Of a stretch of DNA of 64,000 nucleotides, positions 54,471-64,000 are shown in pieces. Below the pieces are notes generated by a model, which searched no databases, was not told the origin of the DNA, and worked only from the letters and a program-made list of their open reading frames with translations. The position numbers were made by a program, and so were the translations under genes. Source of the DNA: the human T2T-CHM13v2.0 reference genome, Homo sapiens; NCBI RefSeq assembly GCF_009914755.1, contig NC_060925.1. One strand, written 5' to 3'. Numbering within the stretch: the first letter of the stretch is position 1; every line of letters starts with the position of its first letter.

Positions 54471-57400
54471 TTAATGGTACTCTGACCAGTAGTAAAATTA
54501 GAATGGCTCATCTGCCAAGTGAAATGCTAAACTATGTGTTCCTTCTTAGAATTCTACTTGAGGTAACTAGATGACCCTCCAAAGTTGCTAAATTGGCTGA
54601 CCTGCAGCAATTTGTGCCATTTCCCTGTGTGTGCTTGTGTGTGTGCATTAGGTAGATGTCTTTATCTTTAGGAGTCTTGATGAGTACCCTTATAGCAGAA
54701 AGCGCCTGCATTTGGATCTGCTGAGAATCTAGCTTCCTGCGTTTTTCGTGTGACCTTCATTGAAGGAAGAATGGGAAACCTGCCTCACTGCTTACGCTAT
54801 TGAATTTCACCAGCTGCCTTTTATGGATTTTAAATAGAGATGGTTTTGTGATTTTTCTTTCTTTTTAAAATCTGATCTCTGTAGAAAACTGCCTAGCAGA
54901 CTATACCAGCTTTAAGAAATAGAACCTGTCTTAGCTGAAAAGCAACCTTTTTGTGCATTTTTATTGTGAAAAATACCAAAGCAATTTCAAAGAAGGCCCA
55001 GATTTAAAAATCTATCTATAATCTCTTTCTGGGGACTTGACTTATCTGGTACGATGATGTAGATATCTGTCTTTACACTCTAGCTTTATTAACTTGTTAA
55101 CATTGGGATAGTATTCCTTTTGTAGAATCAGCCATAAGTATTCTGCATCTTATATTTTTCTGTTTCTTTAACAGAACAGGGAGATGTATGGACAGGACTC
55201 TTCCCTCCTCGGTGCATGTGTGCTGGTAGATGGAACCAGTTAATCTCCAAGGTCATCTGCTAACTCTTAGTTGTTAGTGCCTCTCTTTTGTGTCTGTGTC
55301 ATACCACTCACAGTTGTCTGCTGTGTACTAAATACTCAGTATGTGTGAGGGGAGAGAACACACCCAATTTACAGTCTCCGGTCTCTAGTCCTGGGAAATC
55401 TCAACCTCTTGGGCTTTCTGTGTGTATTTATCCAGCAGACATTGACTAAACTTTTGCTCTTCACAAGGAGACTCTGAGCTAGGCCCTGGGTATAAAGAAA
55501 CATAAGAAAAGACCTCTCCCTTTGTGTCTACCAAGCAAGGGAGAAGGGTATATAAATAAATAACTGTAAAGTGTGTCAAGTCCCTATTAGAGGTCAAGTG
55601 GCAGGATGGACAGGGGTGCTATGGAACATCACAGAGGCAGCCTGCAGACCCCACCAAGCTGCTCTCCCCAGCCTGTTCTCTCTTTGATTTTTCCAGATAC
55701 CCGTCTTTCTTCATGTGCCCCAGTCCAACCTGGTGATGAGGAAGATAAGGATAAATATTTAATGTGGTTGTGCGCCCACTTCCAATTCACCCTAGATGTC
55801 ACCTGTGCAATTTTCCAAGCTTTTATGAGAAAGTGAATTGAATGATAATACCATCTGTTTGAATATAGAAGTGAGACACAAGGTCACAGCAGGGCCTTCT
55901 CTCCATAATCTGTTGTGGTAGGGAAATGGCGAAAAAGAAATATGGTTGGTCTGTGTGATACTTAGACTTAATAGAGAGGGAGACACTTTATTGCTCTGAA
56001 AGCCTTACCTTCCAAGGGCATTTGAAACCAGCCCTTGTTTCCAATCTGGCTGAGTTGCTGAACCCTGAAGGTTTAATCCTTATTACTGATAAGAAAGAAA
56101 GAATGTGACTTATCACTCCAATCTCTGCAGAGATGGAAGGAAAAACTATTTCTCGGAATGTGATTACATGTTATTTGACAGCTTTTTGGTTGGCCCATCT
56201 ATTTAGGTGTTTGAATAAGTAAACTCAGTCGAGGGGGGGGTTGAGTATTATTTACTTTATAAATGTGATAGTTCCTTTTTGAAGTGATCCTGCTCTTGCC
56301 CCTTTCCTCTACCATTCAAACAGAGTTTAAATATTTGCCAGTGCAGATGTTTGATTTTTATCTTAGCTCTTTCTTTGTTTAACTTTATTCTCATGGGTGG
56401 TTAAGTGGACGATAAGGAGGTTCTTGTTTAATTCTTTTCAACTGGTGTTGCTCAAATATTTGGAGAGCAGATGCTTCCCAGAAAGAATGAGCGGGAACCT
56501 GGTTGAATAGAGGTGAAGAGATATGTCTCCGTGTCATATCACAGTAAACCAGACCCTGTTAGGCTGTTACTAGGGCCCAGGGGCTTAGTAGGCCTGAGTG
56601 TTTCTCAGTGTCCAGAACCTTCCTTTAGCAGCTCCTGCAGCTACTGGTGAAGGGTTTTTGCCGCCTTTGTTTTCCAGAAAAACGTGTGCTGTTCTAAAAA
56701 CAAAGCTTGGTAATTCAGTGGCACTGGCAGCAAAGGCCTGCTTGTGTTGTGACCTCCCATCAGAAGCCTCTCAGCATTTCTTCCATACCCACTTCTGATC
56801 TGATACCAAGTTTTGCTTTCAGAAGAAATGATTTTTTTTAACCTTTTGCACTTATCTCAGCATTTTAGCAGTGATTAAAAACAAGCAAACAAGTAAAGAA
56901 TATTCCCTACCCTATTAGCTATCATTACATTGGCTTTGTGTGTGGACTTGATGATCAGTTTCCACAGGGATTTGCTTTTTAATCATTACCTTAAAAATTC
57001 ATCCATGAACAATTCCACATTTCATCACTGCCCTTGGAACTGACACTGTGGGTGTGATTTTTATATGCTATGTGATAAATGAGGCAGACTTCTCTGGAAA
57101 TATTGAGAAAAACCCAGGTTTCTGAGTGATTTGCCTGGCAAATCACCTTCCCTAGGAAATTTAAACAAAGACCAAGAAAGGAAGTAAACCCCAACTGGTG
57201 TGTGAGTGGGGGGGTGCTGGAGGGGAGGCGGGGTCTTTATATCTCTTTCTTTCTAAACTGGGACTCCACTGAAAAGTTGATTTACACTGTGAATCGAGGC
57301 TGAATGAAATCCAATTGGAACTCACTTGAACACTGTTTTGATGTAAGATTCAAAGCTTCTGCAAATTTATTTTATCTTCTACATTTGCTGATCTCCTGCT

Positions 57401-58935
57401 TGTAAATCCTGTTGAAGGAGAATAAAAATGACTGCAGCCTGATGGGAATTAAATGTCTGAAGTTCAAAGCAGTTTGCACATCAGAGCAAACGTCAATCAA
57501 GTGAACATCTTGCAAGCCAGGCAGGGAGTGAATTTCTCCATGGGGAAGAGATCAAAGTGGGAGTCACAGTTCTGTTTTCTCCCTCGGGATGCAGTTTCGA
57601 TCAGTTGTTCATGAAAGTAAATCCAGAAGGAAGTTTTTTTTTTGTTGTTTTTTTTTTTTTTTTTTTTTTTTTAACTTACAGGGGTTGGAGAGATGGAGTT
57701 ATTTCTCTTGAAACTGAATTTCAGACACTGGTTTTATCTTATGAAAATGAGCATAGAATGCAGTTATAGAGTCAGGGTCTAAAGGAGATTTAGATCAGAG
57801 TTTTCTATTGTCATTACTAACTTTTTAAAAGCACAGGCATGAGGAATGAAGCAAACCAAACCTCTTAAGTTGAATTGCCCATTCATTTTGTATGAAAATC
57901 TATGATTTTACCACTTCTTGGCCTTTCCATAAACCCGGAATTATATAAATGTGACTGGCAGCTAATGTACTTCTTAATGAAAAATCTTTTAGGTAACCCC
58001 TAAGAATAAGTGACATGTTTTTATAAAGTGTCCTAAGTATGAGCTTTATATTTCTCACATTCTCCAAATCAGGGCGAATAGCATGTTTCTTTTTATAAGT
58101 CACTTTTCTCAAAGGCATATGGGCATAAAATGCATTCCTGTCTTTGGCAAGGTGACTCTTCCTCTGGGGACCAGAGGTAGCTAAAGTAACAAGGATGGCT
58201 GAGCATGTTTTATCCCTGCGTGTGGAGTCCGGAGTCCAGAAAAAGCGGCAGGCATTGGAGTGTTAGTGAAGGGTAGAAAGATAAGCACTCTTCACTTTTG
58301 CTTCCAGTAGTTACTCCTGCTAGCCTAGCCAGTCCACCAGCCCTGTATATCTTAAGCCCCTATTGACACCTCCTTCTTTATCTGACCGGCACATCAGTGG
58401 TAGTGAGAAAAGCAGCAGAGTGAGGTTGATTTCTAGGCTTTTCATGCTAACTTGACTGGCGAGTGAATGCTGCACGGCTGAAATTCAGCACATGTGAGAG
58501 AACTCACGGCAGTTGAGACTCTTATGAAATACAGTAGATGTTCAATGAATATTATGAAATAAAATGCCCAGAGCTTTCTGGTGACTTAACTCTCTGCCCT
58601 TTCTCGTTACTCAGTCAACCAGTAAGAATTTATGGAATGCCCCACCTTCCAGCAACTGTGCTAGACGTGAGAGAGAAATATAAATCCTCCAGTAACCTAC
58701 AGTCCCATTGGGGGAAGCTAAAATTTCTCAAGTGCATAAAAGGTTTTAGAGAGAATTGAGAATTCAAGAGCTACATGGATAGGGTTTAGTCAAATAGGGG
58801 TTCCATGATAATCATCTTTTGGAATTTCAACCCCATGTAACTGTAACACACATGTATTTGGCATAGGGGGAAGGCAAAATGAATAAGATAATTTGTTCAT
58901 TATTTATAATAAATCTTATTTTTAAATTTTATTGA

Positions 58936-59347
58936 TGCAATGGTCTGAATGTTTGCCTTCTCTGTCCCAAATTTATGTGTTGGAAACTAATCACCAATGT
59001 GATCATATTAGGAGGAATATGATTAGATATATTAATATCATTAATATTATTATATATTAATATTAATATATATTAATATCATTGCCTTTGGGAAATAATT
59101 AGATCATGAAGGCAGAGCCCCCATGAATGGCATTAGTGCCCTTACAAAAGAGGTCTCAGAGAGCTGCCTTACCCCTGTCACTGAGGTCACAGTGAAAAGG
59201 CCACATCTATGAACCAGAAAGTGGCCCCTCACCAGACACTAAATCTGCCAGTACCTTAATCATGGACTTCCCAGCCTCCAGACTTGTGAGAAATGAATTT
59301 CTGTTGTTCATGAACCAGCTAGTTTATAGTCCAAATGGACGAAGACA
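58936..59347 (+). mobile_element. MaLR solo LTR (MLT1A0-like)
   Basis: TG...CA ends with 5-bp TSD attga. Confidence 0.9.
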
Positions 59348-60439
59348 ATTGATTAGTGTTTTGTTGGTATAAGCAGAATCTTAAAAAAAATCTATATCTA
59401 ATAGATAGGACTGTGATATTATGTTGTTTGATTACAAAATAAGAAAAATAGGAAGAAGACATAGGCATATAGTTAAGAAGCAGAATGGCATTAGTCAGCT
59501 TGGAGGAGGAAGGACTCATCATGGGCCAGTACTAGGGAGAAATTTGAAAGAGGAAGAAGAGTTGAGCTGGGCTTTGAAGAAAGGGTGGAGTGGACACTGG
59601 AGAGCATCACAATTGGGGTCGAACAGAAGAGCACATAGGGAGGGGCCAGTTTCGTTAGAAGTGTAGGATAGGAGTTGGTGGGAAGAGAAGGTCGGATAGA
59701 TTATTGTTGACAAGTACCACATGGTGAAACTACTTTATGATGGAGAAATGTTTATCAAGCACCTACTTTTGTTAATGAGTCACTGTCATTTTTATTGTTA
59801 TAAAAATGTTTTTCTTTAATGCTGTTAGAGATTACCTTTTCAGCAAAGGAAGTAAAACAACCTATAATAATAGTTCCCTGATGTCCCTGGTCCCACGAGC
59901 CAGCCTGCATTTCACAAAGGTCCAGAAAAATCTATGTATCCTCAGCATTGGACTTCAGCTCTCTCAAGGGGTGATGCTGAAAGCGACGTGCTCTCTGTGG
60001 AGACTTCATCCAGATAGACAAAGGCTCTCTCCAGGTTTATACATTTCCTGGGAAGATTTGTCAGTAACCCTCTTGAGTTGCAAGTTCTTCTTTATTTATC
60101 ACTTATGCAGAATCGTATGTGGTTTGTCTCTGGAAAGGAGTTGAGTGATGGGTTTAAGTCTCTCTTAGGTCCCTGACTTGCTATGTGATCTTTGGTGTCA
60201 TTTTTCTCAACTGTGAAATGGGTAGGAGAAAGGGTTCATAACTTGGAGAGCAAAGTCCAGATGTCAGCTGCAGATGTACCTCAGAACTACCCTATTCTCT
60301 TCATCTAAATCCAATCAGAAGATCCGGTGTCTTCGGTCTCTTTGAGACCTACAGGGAAGTACCAGTGCTCATGCAGAAAGCCATTACTTTGCTTTATTTC
60401 TAAAAGAATCTGCATAGCAGGATTGGAGGGTACTTCTCA

Positions 60440-60590
60440 TTCCTCCAGAGCCTGTGCAAATCAGATTCCTTGGCCTCACCCCAGACTCACTAAATCAGAC
60501 TCTCTTAACGGTGGATCCCAGGAATCTGCATTCTAACATACATCCCAGGTGGTTCTGAAGTAGCTAGACTTTTAGTATTGGAACCATTCG
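60440..60590. mobile_element. MER5A-like hAT fossil
   Basis: cagattccttggcctcaccccagactcactaaatcagactct...cccaggaatctgcattctaaca. Confidence 0.8.
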
Positions 60591-60992
60591 ACTGAGTCAT
60601 GGTCCTCACTTGCCAAGATTTCTTGGAGCCTTCAGGGGAGCCCAGAACAGGAGTAGGTACCCTGGATGGTGTGGATGGTCATAAAAGACCAGGTAATATG
60701 AGCACCTACTTATGACCAGAACAATGCTAAGCAATGTATGCAGTGGTGAACAAAATCAACAAGACATGGTGCTTCCCTTCATGGCACTCTTGTCTATTTA
60801 TGGAATCTGATCTATAAAAAACATGAATAGAACAATAATTTTAAAATTATGGCACATGCCTTGACAGAATATGGAGGCAGTTGACATAGACTTGGGAAGT
60901 CATCACAATCAGGATAGGCCTTTCTGAAGAAGGGAAACGTGAAGAGAGACCTGAAGGATTACTAGACAAGTAATCAGGAGAACCTTCTAGCC

Positions 60993-61182
60993 TTCCATTT
61001 CCAATATGGTAGCCACTCTTCAGTGACTATTTACAAACTAAGACGAAATAAAATAGAAAATTTAGTGTCTCTGTTATGCTAGCCACATTTCAAATGCTCA
61101 GTAGCCACATGTGTCTAACATGTTGGACAGTGCAAATATAATACATTTTCATCATCCCAGAGACTTCTCTTGGATTGCCCTG
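60993..61182 (-). mobile_element. MER3 hAT fossil
   Basis: ccaatatggtagccact...ctagccacatttcaaatgctcagtagccacatgtg. Confidence 0.8.
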
Positions 61183-61190
61183 GTCTAGAC

Positions 61191-61372
61191 CAGCAGTGGT
61201 GAAACAGGTCTGGAATACCACCTGTTTTTGAAAATTAAGTTTTATTGGAACACAGCCATACTCAATTTTTTATGTATTTTCAGTAGCTGCTTTCACACTA
61301 CAATGGCAGAGCAGTTGCAACAGTCTTTATGGCCCACAAAGCCTAAACTATTATCTATCCTTTTATAAAAAC
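61191..61372. mobile_element. MER58A hAT fossil
   Basis: aagttttattggaacacagcca...gctgctttcacactacaatggcagag...tggcccacaaagcctaaa. Confidence 0.85.
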
Positions 61373-61519
61373 ATCAGGGAGGGAATAGACTTAGTGTGGC
61401 TAGCTATAGCATAGAGAGAAGTGAGATTATAGTGATAGTGCCTTGCCAGCATGGACACAGCAGCAGCTGCTGTATTAATCTCTTATTTTCCCTCCATCTG
61501 TGGCTTCTGAGGCAGCAGT

Positions 61520-61600
61520 CTTCTCGTCTAGACAAACTGGAGCAGGTCCAAGGAAGGGCAGCCACGTTGGTGAAGCAACTGTGTCCTTTGAGGCACAGTT
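61520..61600 (+). mobile_element. CR1/L3 LINE fragment
   Basis: Translates DKLEQVQGRAATLV, resembling the CR1 ORF2 C-terminal motif DKLERVQRRAT(R/K)MV. Confidence 0.7.
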
Positions 61601-62931
61601 GACATTGTCGGTGTAACTCTGCACTAGGTTAGAGCCTGGACTAACAGTAAAATCCAGCTATCTCCTTCTTTGAGATGGTATGAAATAAAGCAAGACTGTT
61701 TTTAGCTTTTGCTGTTGAAACCAACATACCATGTGAAAACCTAGTCCCCTTGCTTGTACAATCAGTTCCACGTGTTCTTATGTGTTCTTATGTGTTAGGA
61801 GATGTGATCAACAGATAATTAAAGTTCATGCCAGTGGTCAAATGGATATTGCTTTTTAGGAATATTTCTCCTAGCTTTATAGCTTCTCTATTTGGGTTCA
61901 TGGAGTTGCATTAGTGGTTCCTGAAGTTTACATTTTAACACAAATTTTTTTAAAACCTTATTTCAAGTTGCATTTATGTGAGGATCTCTTAGAAACTTTG
62001 AGAGTCCTCTCAGGGTCTGAAATCCTAAATAGTTTACTTAGAAGTTCAAGATCCTTCACTTTTGTTACTCCTGGATGAAATTCACTTAAAAATACTCTTT
62101 ATGACTATATGTAAATAAGCTGGTATGTTTTCCTATTATATTCTTTCAGATTGTTGGTTGCTATAGCAATGGATCATTGATTCCACTAATATTTATTGAT
62201 AAGCTACTAGCTAGAATAATAGCATTGTTCTAGCTCTAGTACTAGCATTACACTACCACTGGAAATCAAAAGACTTTTGCCTTATTTGCATGACAGCCTA
62301 GCAGGTACAAGCTGTGTCATGTACTATAAGAGGAACTTCCATACATTATTTTTAATTTTTTTTATGGCTTTGGAAAATAAGTTTTATTATCTTTTTCAGA
62401 TAAGAAAACTGAGACCCAGAAAAATTGAATAATCTTTCTAATAGTGACAGAGCAGGGTTTCACATCTAGACCATTCCTACTCCACACCCATTCAACCTTC
62501 ACTACTGTCTATTTTTGTACTTGGTCATTGGTTTTCAAATAGGATAATTTAAAGAATTCTGTTTTACATGTAACATCAGAGCTCCCATCTGATTTTTTTT
62601 TTTTTTTTTTTTGTAGCTCTATTTTGAATTTTGTCATCTATTTTCTGTATGATTTTATCAGTAGTACTGACTTAAGTTCATTGGAGAAAAGTCGATTTGA
62701 AGAATGGTTGTTTTTATCTTTGAATTGAATTTGATTTCTAAAACCTTCTAGAGGCAGGTGTTCCCCCCACCACACACAGAGTTCCGAAATTATTTTTTTG
62801 AATATTTAAATCTAAATCATAGTTGTACTGTTTACGGGCTGACCTATCTTGTACACAATGTAAACCATTATTTTTGTTGGTTGGTTTTTCTGGCCTGAAT
62901 AAGTATTGCTAATTCTCTCCTATTGTTTCAG

Positions 62932-63038
62932 ATTCGATGGGAACTTTAATACCAATGTGTCTAGAACAATTAGTTGTGATCGACTTTCTACTACTGTTAA
63001 TAGCCGGGCCTTCAATCCAGGACGAGACTTAAATTCAG
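62932..63038 (+). CDS. CACHD1: CACHD1 coding exon (probably exon 4), 107 nt, phase 2/1, (E)FDGNFNTNVSRTISCDRLSTTVNSRAFNPGRDLNS; contains an N-V-S sequon
   Basis: Acceptor ttctctcctattgtttcag|A TTC GAT and donor TCAG|gtcagt. The phase is consistent with the upstream exon. Missed by the ORF track. Confidence 0.96.
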
Positions 63039-63181
63039 GTCAGTAATCCATTGGCTTTATAAAGATGAACTGTATTCTACCGCATTCAAGTTGAATAAAC
63101 ATATTGCTTCAATTTTTTTTTTTAATTTTTGAAGAGAAGTATTATATACTTAAGATTGGATATTTCTTGCTGGAAAGTTAA

Positions 63182-63528
<347 letters not shown>

Positions 63529-64000
63529 AATATCTTAAGCTTCTACTAGATAGCTATATATGGTACATGCCAAATACCTTTCTATGCTCTTCAATCTATT
63601 AACTCATTTATCATGAATTTTACATCTGTTATTTTAAAGGTTATTTTAGAGACCCAGTTATCTTTGCAATAGGAGGTATTGGATTTTCTTTGCATTCCCT
63701 AGTTACAATTTTTAATCTGTTTTGGGATTTTTCTGGAAAAATGCTGTGAGAGCTTTTCTATTAATAAACTTAGGGCCATAATACCATATACCAAGGTTGA
63801 ACTTTCTTCCTGTTCTCATTGGAACTCAGCTGAAGGCGGTGTTAATAACTACTGGGTACTCATATTTATATAACTACTGGTTAGCTCCAAAGTGACCTGA
63901 TATCTCCACTTTTTTGCCCTAGAGTTCCACTCCATATTTCTCTTTCTTTTTGTCTTATGTACTCTTGTTGATTGATACATCTCAGAACCTAGAGGGTTCA

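Noticed and set aside
57205-57235. G-rich tract (also 438-457 and 30985-31006) as G-quadruplex or promoter
   Set aside because: Short, no CpG island, and not distinguishable from background without data.
57630-57685. Long T tract followed by aacttacAG (strong acceptor); similar ones near 6029, 32184 and 55174
   Set aside because: No convincing paired donor or coding similarity; such pseudo-acceptors are common in long introns.
61772-61796. 10-bp tandem repeat gtgttcttat x2.5
   Set aside because: Ordinary slippage duplication.

Overview
Primate (human-like) genomic DNA from inside the CACHD1 gene (cache-domain, alpha2delta-like calcium-channel modulator), + strand. Three short coding exons are present: 10722-10784, 42279-42427 and 62932-63038. 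They splice in frame through GT-AG sites into ...RIFNSFVYTEKISNGESEVQQ|LAKKIREKFNRYLDVVNRNKQVVEASYTAHLTSPLTAIQDCCTIPPSMME|FDGNFNTNVSRTISCDRLSTTVNSRAFNPGRDLNS..., which matches my recollection of the CACHD1 N-terminus (probably exons 2-4). The two complete introns are 31.5 kb and 20.5 kb. An intronic hairpin at 39971-40047 matches my recollection of MIR4794. The rest is intron, dense in Alu, L1, L2, MIR, CR1, MaLR/ERV LTR and hAT (MER) fossils; subfamily names come from remembered consensus and need RepeatMasker. Nearly all ORFs in the supplied track are spurious. I found no convincing new protein-coding system. The most notable unexplained signals are a 34/36-identical dispersed direct repeat beside a TF-motif cluster (29.8-30.7 kb), several palindromes that look template-switch-derived (one a 70-nt pre-miRNA-sized hairpin), a candidate recursive splice site, candidate poison/Alu exons and a perfect 80-bp tandem duplication.
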